Origin: Actinomycetota bacterium
Lineage (GTDB): Bacteria > Actinomycetota > Acidimicrobiia > Acidimicrobiales > RAAP-2
Reading direction: 5' to 3'
DNA: 64,000 nucleotides
Assembly: GCA_029850535.1 (NCBI GenBank)
Contig: JARCRU010000133.1
Span: 25,925 to 89,924, forward strand
In this document: piece after piece, positions 16,953 through 25,539 of the stretch
Layout: each line of letters opens with the position of its first letter
Position numbering within the stretch: the first letter of the stretch is position 1
Program-made: the position numbers and the translations under genes
Notes under the pieces: generated by a model
The model's database searches: none
What the model was told of the DNA's origin: nothing
Seen by the model: only the letters and a program-made list of their open reading frames with translations

Positions 16953-17992
16953 TTCGTCTGAGTCGCCCGACGTACCACCGGCAGGACCTCGCTGGCCAGC
17001 AACTCGATCGAGCGGGCCGTCTCCTTGAAGGGCAGTCCGCCGAGGCCGACCTGCGCCAAAAAACGTGTGTGGCCCAACAACTCGTACTCCCAGAGGATCT
17101 TGTCGACGATCTCTTGGGGGCTGCCACAGAATAAAGCGCCGTGCGGGGACGCCCAGTCCTCGAAGGCGTCGCGCGCCAGGGGCACCCCGCGCGCGTGCGG
17201 CATGTTCTCACCGATGTAGCGCGAGTAGTAGGGATAAAAGGCGTCGCGCGCGCCCTGGGACGTCTCGTCGACGAAGAAGTGACTCGTGACGCCTACGCGC
17301 AGGTCCTCGTGGGCCACCGCGTTCTCGCGACCGCTGCGACGATAGATCGCCGCGAGGTCGACGAATCGCTCGGGCTGGCTCAGGATGGCGAAGTAGACGC
17401 CCAAGCCGTGTCGACCGGCGCGCGCCGCGCTCTCGGGAGTCCCCCCGACGGCGATCCACACCGGGATCTCGCCCTCCCACGCACGAGGGTACACGCCCGC
17501 CGCGCGTAAGGGTGGTCGAAAACGACCCGACCAGGTGACGCGCTCGTTGCGATTGATCCGCACGAACAACTCGAGCTTCTCCTCGAACAGGTCGTCGTAG
17601 TCCCCGAGGTCGAATCCGTACAGGGGGAAGGACTCCACGTAGGCGCCGCGACCCGCGGTGATCTCGGCGCGTCCTCGAGAGATCAGGTCCAGGGTCGAGA
17701 AGTCCTCGTAGACGCGTACCGGATCCGACGTCGAGAGAACGGTCACCGCGCTGGTGAGCCGGATGCGCGACGTCGATTCGGCGATAGCGGCCAACACGAC
17801 GGCCGGCGACGAGATCGCGAAGTCGCGGCGGTGGTGCTCGCCCACGCCGAAGACGTCGAGTCCCGCGTCGTCGGCGATCCTGGCGAGCTCGATGAACTCG
17901 CGCAACCGCACGGCGGGACTCACCTCCTCGCCGGTGGGCGAACGCGTCACCTCGCCGAAGGTGAACAGGCCGATTTCCATTCCCGCACTCAT
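16949..17992 (-). CDS. LLM-class flavin-dependent oxidoreductase
   Basis: EIGLFTFGE, FGVGEHHR, SAVTVLSTSDPVRVYEDFSTLD, GRGAYVESF; ATGA overlap with upstream gene. Confidence 0.92.
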   Translation of the reverse strand: MSAGMEIGLFTFGEVTRSPTGEEVSPAVRLREFIELARIADDAGLDVFGVGEHHRRDFAISSPAVVLAAIAESTSRIRLTSAVTVLSTSDPVRVYEDFSTLDLISRGRAEITAGRGAYVESFPLYGFDLGDYDDLFEEKLELFVRINRNERVTWSGRFRPPLRAAGVYPRAWEGEIPVWIAVGGTPESAARAGRHGLGVYFAILSQPERFVDLAAIYRRSGRENAVAHEDLRVGVTSHFFVDETSQGARDAFYPYYSRYIGENMPHARGVPLARDAFEDWASPHGALFCGSPQEIVDKILWEYELLGHTRFLAQVGLGGLPFKETARSIELLASEVLPVVRRATQTN

Positions 17993-18612
17993 CGAGCGAG
18001 CACCCCCTCGAGCCACGGCGACAGGGCTGACGTCACCTCCGGGGACATCGCGTGACCCCCACGTGTGCGATAGGCCTCGAGGTTCGCGCCGGAGTCCTCG
18101 TGGAGGTACTCCCACGTCGCCTCCATCAAGTCGCTCGGCATCACCGGATCATCGATTCCCTGGGCGTGCAGGATGTTGACCCCGGCGAGTCGCTGCGACG
18201 TCGTCGCCACCCCCGCGTCGAAGGGGATCGTCCCGTAGAGCAGGGCCGCCCCCGCGAAACGAGCGGGGTCATCGAGCACCAACGCGCCGGCGAAGGCGGT
18301 GCCGCCGCTGAAGCCCACGAGCACCACCGGTCTCGTGGGCGCCACGGAGTCGAGCCACTCGCGGAACCAGTCGATCGACACACGCAACGACTCGGGCAGG
18401 GGACGGCCAATACCTCGATTCTCGAACCAGGTGAAGGCGGCCTCACCGAGGACGACCCGGCCCCGCACGCAAGCGAGGGCGACGTGCTGGGGGAGCTGGG
18501 TCGCCAACGAGCTGATCTCGAGCTCATTGGAACCACGTCCGTGTAGCAGCACCACCAAGGGGTCTCGCTCGTCCGAGGAACCACTCCACAACACCGTGGG
18601 CGTCGTCACCAC
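17989..18612 (-). CDS. Phospholipase/carboxylesterase family alpha/beta hydrolase
   Basis: LLHGRGSNE, GFSGG nucleophile motif, DPV (Asp), GGH (His). Confidence 0.88.
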   Translation of the reverse strand: MVTTPTVLWSGSSDERDPLVVLLHGRGSNELEISSLATQLPQHVALACVRGRVVLGEAAFTWFENRGIGRPLPESLRVSIDWFREWLDSVAPTRPVVLVGFSGGTAFAGALVLDDPARFAGAALLYGTIPFDAGVATTSQRLAGVNILHAQGIDDPVMPSDLMEATWEYLHEDSGANLEAYRTRGGHAMSPEVTSALSPWLEGVLAR

Positions 18613-18632
18613 GTCACCTGCTCTCCGTCAAT

Positions 18633-18678
18633 TAGTTGATATGTCTACCATTATATCGACAGTTCGATGAAACATCAA
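18633..18678 (-). promoter_or_regulatory. Promoter with a possible repressor site for the esterase-LLM operon
   Basis: TTGATG (18678-18673), N17, TATAAT (18655-18650); imperfect IR GTTGA-tatg-TCTAC (18635-18648) over the predicted start site. Confidence 0.6.
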
Positions 18679-18739
18679 CAAATCTGTGGTGGGATCCCTT
18701 CGCTCGCGACGCACTCATGACTCCTCAGGGACCCCGTCC

Positions 18740-19507
18740 CTAGATCACCGGCGACATTCCCCCGTCCACGCTGAGACCCACCCCCGTGACGAAACTCGCC
18801 CTCGGCGAGAGGAGGAACGCGGCGACGTCGGCGAACTCCTCGGCGCGCCCGTAGCGACCGAGGGGGATGCGCGCCTTCCTCGCCGCCTCGAGGTAGTAGT
18901 CCTCGGTCGACTGCTGGGCCTGGGCCGCGCGACGCACCCACTGCCCCGACTCGATCAAACCAATCAACACCGCGTTCACTCGGATACCCCGGGGCGCCAC
19001 CTCATTGGCCAGTGCCTTCGTGAACGCCAGTCCCGCCGCACGCGAGGCCGACGTGGGGGTCGAGCCCATCGAGGGTGCGCGCGCAGAGATAGCGAGTACG
19101 TTGAGGATCGCGCCACCACGCCCTTCGAGGTGCTCCAGCGAGGCGCGCGCTATTCGTAGTGCCGCCAACACCTTGAGTTCGTAGTCACTACGCCACTCGT
19201 CGTCGGAGGACGTGGCCACCGGCGTCGCCACCGCCGCCCCGGCATTGTTGACCACGCCATCGAGCCGCGAGAACCTCTCCAACGTCACCTGCAGGAACAT
19301 GTCGCAGTCACTGGCCCGGGTCACGTCCGCTTGCACGCACAGGGCTCGCGATCCCAGGGTCGCCTGGGCAACCTCGAGGCGTTGCTCGTCTCGCCCACAG
19401 ACCGCTACGTTCGCCCCCTCGGCGAGAAGGCGTTGCGCGAGGGCGAGGCCGAGGCCGTCGGTCCCCCCGGTGATCAGTACGGTGCGATCGTTGAGTTCTA
19501 GGTCCAT
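18740..19507 (-). CDS. Short-chain dehydrogenase/reductase
   Basis: TGGTDGLG, VNNAG, IRVNAVLIG, VDGG; the YxxxK position reads TSASR (atypical). Confidence 0.88.
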   Translation of the reverse strand: MDLELNDRTVLITGGTDGLGLALAQRLLAEGANVAVCGRDEQRLEVAQATLGSRALCVQADVTRASDCDMFLQVTLERFSRLDGVVNNAGAAVATPVATSSDDEWRSDYELKVLAALRIARASLEHLEGRGGAILNVLAISARAPSMGSTPTSASRAAGLAFTKALANEVAPRGIRVNAVLIGLIESGQWVRRAAQAQQSTEDYYLEAARKARIPLGRYGRAEEFADVAAFLLSPRASFVTGVGLSVDGGMSPVI

Positions 19508-19541
19508 GGCGCCATCCTAGAAAATCGTGGCGCGACGGGGA

Positions 19542-20387
19542 CTAGTGGGTGCGACGTATCTCGACGAGGACGCCCAATTGCGTGGACTCGGGTCCCTGAT
19601 AAATACCCTTGAGGGGCGCGACGTCGTCGTAGTCTCGTCCGTGCCCGACGATGATGTGACGTTGCGTCTCTCGCACGCCGTTCGTCGGGTCGATCCCGGT
19701 CCACGTGCCCGAGAAGTACTCGACCCAGGCGTGGCTCTGACCCTCGACCACGTCGCCGACCTCCGGCTCGGTCGCCGGGTAGAGGTAGCCCGACACGTAA
19801 CGCGCGGGGATGCCCATGGCCCGCAACAGGCCGATGGTGACGTGGGTGATGTCTTGGCAGACGCCCTTGCGTCGGTCCCAGGCCTCCTGGGCCGTGGCCG
19901 ACACCGTGGTGGCCCCGGGCACGTAGGAGACCTCGCCGCGGATAAAGTTCGACGCCGTCTCCACGCACTCGTGCACGTCCGACAGCTTTTGCCACGTCGC
20001 GATCTCGTCCGTGATCGCGCCCACGAGAGCGGTGCGGTGCGTCGGCAGCAAGAACTCCGAGAAGCGGTCGCTCAGGCGTTCGCTGCGCAAGGCGCGCCAG
20101 TCCAGGGGCGTCTCCAGTGTCGCCGCCCAACTCTCCACTTGCGAGGTCGCCTCGACTTCGAGCTGCGGATGGGTCTCTTGGATGTCGAAGGCCGTCACCA
20201 GCGTACCGAAGTAGTCGACGTGGCTCGACAAGGGAACGCTGGGCCGCACGGTGATCCTGGAGGACTGCACCTGCTGGGTGCCCAGGGACCGTGGGGTCAT
20301 GCGGGCCTCGTTATAGGAGGCCTTGGCGAGTCCGTCGTACGTGAACCCCGTGTGATGGCGGATCGCGAGGCCGAGACGTTCGCTCAC
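19542..20387 (-). CDS. Transglutaminase-like protein (Bact_transglu_N plus core domain)
   Basis: IRHHTGFTY..SYNEARMTP; catalytic triad GVCQD, HAWVE, IDPTN; GTGA overlap with alpha-E gene. Confidence 0.9.
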   Translation of the reverse strand: MSERLGLAIRHHTGFTYDGLAKASYNEARMTPRSLGTQQVQSSRITVRPSVPLSSHVDYFGTLVTAFDIQETHPQLEVEATSQVESWAATLETPLDWRALRSERLSDRFSEFLLPTHRTALVGAITDEIATWQKLSDVHECVETASNFIRGEVSYVPGATTVSATAQEAWDRRKGVCQDITHVTIGLLRAMGIPARYVSGYLYPATEPEVGDVVEGQSHAWVEYFSGTWTGIDPTNGVRETQRHIIVGHGRDYDDVAPLKGIYQGPESTQLGVLVEIRRTH

Positions 20388-21337
20388 AGACCCTCCTCGA
20401 TATTCCACACGACGGCGTCCTCGTGACGGAAGTAGCGGTCGGTCACGGCGTCGGTGACGCGAAAGCACGTGGCCTCGAGCATCTCCAAGAGTTCGGGCAG
20501 CTGGTCGATCAGTTGTCGAGGGTCGATGAATTCGAGCGTACCGCGAGCGCGCGCCAGCGCCTGGCGCGCGGCGTCGCCGGAACTGATCCGTTGACCGACG
20601 GGCTGGATCTCGACCAGGCACTCGTCGGCCAGATTGAGCGAGTAGAGCACCGAGCGCGGAAAGAGGCGGTCCAGCATCAAGAAGGCCGCGACGCCGTTGG
20701 CGTCGTTGATCTCGCGGGTGTTGCGCATGAAGGCCTCCATCGCTCCCGACGCGCGCAGGAACGCCATCCAGTCGGGGGCGTTCTCCTCGCTCACCACGCG
20801 TCCGCGCAGCAGTCGCGCGGTCATGTCGATCCTCTCGAGATTGCGACCCAGCACGAGGAACCGCCAGCCGTCGTCGTGACTCAAGGTCGCGTCGGTGAGA
20901 CCGGCCAGGAGCGAGGTGCGTTCGCGCACGTAGGACAGATACGTCGCCGGTCCGAAGTCGCGTGATCGCTTCTCGCGCTTGGGCAATTCGTTGCGCGTCG
21001 TATTGAGCGCCACCCACATCTCAGAGGAGATGTAGTCGCGACTGCGACGCGCATTCTCGTAGGCCCCGTTGAGGGCTCCGGCGATGGAGTTGGGGTTCTC
21101 GATGTCGTAGACGATGGTCTGCAACGTCTCGCCCGTGCGCAGTCGTTGGTTCTCGACCTCGATGCCCAGGATCGAGAAGAGTGACCGACACGTCGCACTC
21201 TCGTCGTTGAAGGGGTCCTCCACCATACGATGCACGTAGGAGTCCACGATGCGCGCGGTGTCGTCCGCGCGTTCGATGTAGCGACCGATCCAGAACAGCG
21301 ACTCGGCGAGTCGCGAGAGCATGCCGCGCTCGCTCAC
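20384..21337 (-). CDS. Alpha-E domain protein (DUF403)
   Basis: MLSRLAESLFWIGRYIERADDTARI and LGRNLERIDMTARLL (two ER motifs), FPRSV. Confidence 0.92.
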   Translation of the reverse strand: MSERGMLSRLAESLFWIGRYIERADDTARIVDSYVHRMVEDPFNDESATCRSLFSILGIEVENQRLRTGETLQTIVYDIENPNSIAGALNGAYENARRSRDYISSEMWVALNTTRNELPKREKRSRDFGPATYLSYVRERTSLLAGLTDATLSHDDGWRFLVLGRNLERIDMTARLLRGRVVSEENAPDWMAFLRASGAMEAFMRNTREINDANGVAAFLMLDRLFPRSVLYSLNLADECLVEIQPVGQRISSGDAARQALARARGTLEFIDPRQLIDQLPELLEMLEATCFRVTDAVTDRYFRHEDAVVWNIEEGL

Positions 21338-22869
21338 TGCTCGCCCTGCTCAAAGATGTACTCGTCGTTCTGGCGCGGCGGGCCCGCGTAACGGCGCGAA
21401 CGCGCGCTCGCGGGCGGTACCGCGCCCCGAAAGGGGATCGATTCGTCATTGAGCACCCAGGTGTCCTTCGAACCCCCGCCGCGCGAGGAGTTGACGATGA
21501 GCTCGCCCTCTCCCAGGGCCACTCGGGTCAGCCCACCGGGCAGGACCCACACGTCCTCGCCATCGTTGACCGCGAAGGGCCGCAGGTCGATGTGACGCGG
21601 CGCGATGCCCTCACCCACGAACGTCGGGTGCGTCGAGAGTGCGACGGGCCGCTGGGCGATGAAATTACGCGGCGCGGCGCTGATCGCCTTGTGCAGGGCC
21701 TTGAGCTCGGTCGTGGTGGCCCGAGGGCCGATGACGATGCCCTTGCCACCCGAACCGTCCACCGGCTTGATCACGTAGCGAGCCAGTTGACCCAGGACCT
21801 CGGCGCGCACCTCGTCGTCGTCGAGGCGATGGGTCTCGACGTTGTCGAGCAGCGGCTTCTCGCCCAGGTAGAAGCGGATGAACTCGGGCACGTAGGTGTA
21901 GATCAATTTGTCGTCGGCCACGCCGTTGCCGATCCCGTTGGAGATGACCACGTTGCCCGCTCGCGCCGCGTTCACGAGACCGGCGACTCCGATCACGGTG
22001 TCGGGTCGAAATTGTAGGGGGTCGAGCCAGTCATCATCGACGCGCCGGTAGATCACGTGCACCGCTCGCTCACCGTTGGTGGTGCGCATGTAGACGTGAT
22101 TGCTCCGACACACCAAGTCGCGGCCCTCGACCAGTTCAACGCCCATCATCCGCGCGAGCAACACGTGCTCGAAGTACGCCGCGTTGAACACGCCCGGGCT
22201 CAGCACCACGATGACCGGCTCCAACGCTTTCGCGGGAGCGGCGGCCAGCAACGCCGCGAAGAGGCGCGAGGGGTAGGAGTCGACCGGGTGCACCCGGTGA
22301 TCCGAGAACAGCGCCGAGAACGCCTGGGTCATGGCCCGACGGTTCTCGATGACGTAACTCACCCCGGAGGGGATTCGTACGTTGTCCTCGAGGACGCAGA
22401 AGTTCCCGTGCTCGTCGCGGATCAGGTCAATGCCCGCGACCGCGATGCGCACCCCGTTGGGGGGCGTGATGCCGAAGGCCGCGCGGCAGTAGTGCGGGCT
22501 CGAGGTGATGACCCGTCGCGGCATGAGGGCCTCGTCGAAGATCCTCCCCTCGCCGTAGACGTCGGCGAGAAACGCCTCGAGCGCGCGCACCCGCTGCGCG
22601 ATGCCCCGGGCGAGGCGGTCCCACTCCAACGCCCCGAGGATCCGCGGCACCAGGTCCAACGGGAATGGTCGCTCCTCGCCACTGTGCGCGAAGGTGACGC
22701 CGCGATCGATGAAGGTGCGCGCGAGTTGCTCGGAGCGTAGGCGCAGTTCCTGGGGCTGATAGGCGTTGATGTCGGCGAGGAGACGTTCGTAGATGGGGCG
22801 GGGCTGACCAGGTGAGGAGAACATCTCGTTCCAGGCCCCCGACGCATCCTCCTCAAAGACGACTCCCAT
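21334..22869 (-). CDS. Circularly permuted type-2 ATP-grasp protein (DUF404/407)
   Basis: FPLDLVPRI, VLEDNVRIPSGVSYVIENR, PGVFNAAYFEH, GNGVADDK, KPVDGSGGKG, NSSRGGGSKDTWV. Confidence 0.93.
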   Translation of the reverse strand: MGVVFEEDASGAWNEMFSSPGQPRPIYERLLADINAYQPQELRLRSEQLARTFIDRGVTFAHSGEERPFPLDLVPRILGALEWDRLARGIAQRVRALEAFLADVYGEGRIFDEALMPRRVITSSPHYCRAAFGITPPNGVRIAVAGIDLIRDEHGNFCVLEDNVRIPSGVSYVIENRRAMTQAFSALFSDHRVHPVDSYPSRLFAALLAAAPAKALEPVIVVLSPGVFNAAYFEHVLLARMMGVELVEGRDLVCRSNHVYMRTTNGERAVHVIYRRVDDDWLDPLQFRPDTVIGVAGLVNAARAGNVVISNGIGNGVADDKLIYTYVPEFIRFYLGEKPLLDNVETHRLDDDEVRAEVLGQLARYVIKPVDGSGGKGIVIGPRATTTELKALHKAISAAPRNFIAQRPVALSTHPTFVGEGIAPRHIDLRPFAVNDGEDVWVLPGGLTRVALGEGELIVNSSRGGGSKDTWVLNDESIPFRGAVPPASARSRRYAGPPRQNDEYIFEQGEQ

Positions 22870-22875
22870 TGTCAC

Positions 22876-22929
22876 AACCTAGGTCGGCTATGTGTACGGA
22901 GTATTTCTAAGTGGTAACGGCGATGTAAC
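22876..22929 (-). promoter_or_regulatory. GlnR-like boxes and leaderless -10 of the ATP-grasp operon
   Basis: Minus strand GTTAC-n6-GTTAC-n6-GAAAT-n6-TACAC (22929-22892); TAGGTT (22881-22876) 6 nt before ATG 22869. Confidence 0.65.
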
Positions 22930-22994
22930 CGCCGACGCCCAGCACGCACCCTTGGCGCACGGGCCGACCCCGGTCGCGCGAACACGTCGGCGGT
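22928..22994 (-). terminator. Possible terminator hairpin after the FGGY gene
   Basis: 10-bp inverted repeat accgccgacg / cgtcggcggt with a long GC-rich loop. Confidence 0.35.
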
Positions 22995-22998
22995 GGCC

Positions 22999-24522
22999 TC
23001 ACTCGGGGTCGCGGGCGAGCGAGTGCGAGATGGACGTACTGGCCAGGCTCAGTTGGAGGAACTGCTGATAGCGCTCCTGATAGACAGCGACGTTCTCGGG
23101 GTGCGGCGAGATCACTTCACTGTTAGCGCGTGCTCCTTGGACGTAGGCCCAGTCCGAGATGAGTCCGACGCCGATTCCCGCGACCACCGCCGCGCCGTAG
23201 GAGGCACCCGGGTGATCGACCAGGGAGACGAGATCGCGGTGCAAGACGTCGGCCAGGATTTCGCGCCACAGGCGCGACCACGGGCCGCTGCTCGTGACGC
23301 GCACGTCTCCCAGCACCAGACCGCCCTCGGCCAGCACGTCCACGTGGACCTTGAATCCGTAGGCGATGCCCTCGAGTAAAGAGCGGTGCAGGTCCCCGCG
23401 CGTCGTGCCTAGGTGCAGGCCGGCGATGAGCCCGCGTAAGTCCGGGTCGTGCCGTGGCGTCCTCTCGCCGAGGAAATACGGCAGCGTCACCAGCGCACCG
23501 GGACGCGAGGCGCGCGCCGCCGCGTCCAGGCCCTCGAGCGGGGCCCCTTCGAAGAGGGTCTGCTCCCACCGCAGAAGTGAACCACTGGTGGCCATGGAGC
23601 CGTGGGGCAACCACGCTCCGGGCATCGGGTGCGCGTCGAGATAGAGCCGATGATCGAAGAACACCGTCGGCGAGACCGCGATGATGTCCCCCGCCTCCGC
23701 GAGCGTGATGAGTGCGTCGCCCGCCCGGACCAGGCCCGCGCCGTAGGCCGAGAGGACGTGGCTCGCTCCACCGACCACGATGGGTGTTCCCGCGCGAAGT
23801 CCGCTCGAACGCGCGGCCCCCCGCGTGACCTCGCCGACCACGGTGCCCGATCGCCGGACCGGTGACATCGCTGGCCACGCGACCTCGGTAGTGGCCAGCA
23901 CCGCCGTGAGCGGGTGCAGTTCCAGGTCGTAGAGTCCGCTCTCGAGCGCCCAGTTCTGCTCCACGTGCAGCGAAGCGCCGAACTGGCGAGCGAGCCAGTC
24001 GTAGGAACCCTGCACGCTGGCCGCGCGCGCCCACAACGCCGGTTCATTCCTCGCCACCCACAGAATCGTCGGGGCGACCGATTGCTGCGAGAGGACCGAG
24101 CCCGTGAGTTGCAGGAGATCCAGGTGCTCCAGGGTCCGTTGGAGTTCTCGGACCTCGTGGGTGGCGCGCACGTCGCTTTCGAGGATGGCGCGTCGCAGCG
24201 GGACTCCTCGCGCGTCGCAGATGACGACCGCGGGCGCGCCGCCCGACACCGCGAGCGCGGCCACGTCAGCGTTACTCGCACCCGCGTTCGCGAGTAGACG
24301 GGCAATCACCTCGCTGCTCGCTCGCCACCACTCGCCCGGATCGACCTCGGCCCATCCGAGGACGTCGCGATGGAGGGTGACCTCGCGCGAGGTTCGCGCC
24401 ACGATGCCGCGTGCGGGACTGACCAACGTGGCCGCCACGGTGGTCGCCCCCAGGTCGATGCCCAGGAGTAGTGGACCGGTCTCAGGCACGTCGTCCGTCG
24501 TCCTCACCCCGTGAGAGGTCAT
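22999..24522 (-). CDS. FGGY-family carbohydrate kinase homologue (motifs degenerate)
   Basis: GIDLGATT, LSQQSVAP, SYDWL, LPYFLGERTP, LLEGIAY, GAAVVAGIG; start uncertain (24522 or later). Confidence 0.82.
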   Translation of the reverse strand: MTSHGVRTTDDVPETGPLLLGIDLGATTVAATLVSPARGIVARTSREVTLHRDVLGWAEVDPGEWWRASSEVIARLLANAGASNADVAALAVSGGAPAVVICDARGVPLRRAILESDVRATHEVRELQRTLEHLDLLQLTGSVLSQQSVAPTILWVARNEPALWARAASVQGSYDWLARQFGASLHVEQNWALESGLYDLELHPLTAVLATTEVAWPAMSPVRRSGTVVGEVTRGAARSSGLRAGTPIVVGGASHVLSAYGAGLVRAGDALITLAEAGDIIAVSPTVFFDHRLYLDAHPMPGAWLPHGSMATSGSLLRWEQTLFEGAPLEGLDAAARASRPGALVTLPYFLGERTPRHDPDLRGLIAGLHLGTTRGDLHRSLLEGIAYGFKVHVDVLAEGGLVLGDVRVTSSGPWSRLWREILADVLHRDLVSLVDHPGASYGAAVVAGIGVGLISDWAYVQGARANSEVISPHPENVAVYQERYQQFLQLSLASTSISHSLARDPE

Positions 24523-24703
24523 CGCCGTCAACGTGATCGCGCACAATGCGGTCCCCGCGCGGAGGCGAATCTCGGTCGGCTCGCGACGAGCTTCCTCCCA
24601 GGACCGCCCCAGCGCAAGTTGTCATGTCGAGACCTCGACTCAATGGTAAATCCCGGCGATACGTCCGAAGCGTAGTGGTCGACCACGAAGGGTTCGGACG
24701 AAC

Positions 24704-25468
24704 TCAGCGACGCGCAAAGAGTCGCGCGGCGCCGCGCAGGGTCCCCTCGTTGTCGTTGAATTCCACCGGGCACCCGATGGTCGAGAAATCGTCCTCGCGC
24801 AGGTGACGAGCGTTACCCCCGCCCACGTGCACCAGGTCCGCGCGGAACTCGTGGACGAACTGCGCGAACGCGTCGGTCAGCCGGGTCCGCCACATCACCG
24901 GGTCCCTCACCCGCGACGGTTCGCCGAAGACTTCGTCGTAGGTGCCAATATCGCGGTACATCTCGGCACCGACGTCGCGGATCTTCTGACCCTCGCCGTC
25001 CACCACCAGTGAGATGCCCAGTCCCGTCCCCAGCGTGAAGACGAGTTCGCGCCCCCGACCCTGGGCGTATCCGTGGGCCGCCAGGGTCGCGTCGTTCACC
25101 ACGCGCACCCGCGCGCGACATCGCTGCTGGAGTTCGCCCTCCACGTCGTACCCCAGCCACTGCTGATGGATGGCCGGGTCGATGGGCGTCGCGATGCCAC
25201 CGGCACGCGACAGGTTGCCCGGTTCGATGACGCGCCCGTCGGCCATGTCACCGGGGAACCCCACGCCCGCGACGTCGCATCCGCTTTCGTTGACCAACCG
25301 GGCAACCACTTCGATCAACCGCGAGGGCACACAGGGATAGGGCGTGGCGATGCGCGCCACGCCTCCTCGCAGGTGACCGTCGCGATCAACCAGGCAGTAC
25401 TTGATGGACGTGGCCCCGATGTCGACCGCGAACACCGGGCCGTCGCCCGAGATCGCCGATTCCGCCAT
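24704..25468 (-). CDS. ROK-family sugar kinase (polyphosphate glucokinase-like)
   Basis: AVDIGATSIK, GVGFPG, VVNDATLA, TLGTGLG, HVGGGNA. Confidence 0.82.
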   Translation of the reverse strand: MAESAISGDGPVFAVDIGATSIKYCLVDRDGHLRGGVARIATPYPCVPSRLIEVVARLVNESGCDVAGVGFPGDMADGRVIEPGNLSRAGGIATPIDPAIHQQWLGYDVEGELQQRCRARVRVVNDATLAAHGYAQGRGRELVFTLGTGLGISLVVDGEGQKIRDVGAEMYRDIGTYDEVFGEPSRVRDPVMWRTRLTDAFAQFVHEFRADLVHVGGGNARHLREDDFSTIGCPVEFNDNEGTLRGAARLFARR

Positions 25469-25539
25469 GGGCGAAGTGTAGTGAGGACGAGGCGAGCGAT
25501 ACCATCGAGAGCCGCCCCGTCAGCACCCAAGGAGGGTTC

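Noticed and set aside
18740-19507. SDR as a fourth member of the ATP-grasp operon
   Set aside because: It has its own leaderless -10 (TAGGAT 6 nt before ATG) and a 34-bp gap, so co-function is unsupported.
19542-21017. 491-aa ORF suggesting a long transglutaminase or a frameshift fusion with alpha-E
   Set aside because: The upstream part is an alternative frame of the alpha-E gene. A GTGA-coupled start at 20387 explains it, and no slippery site is evident.
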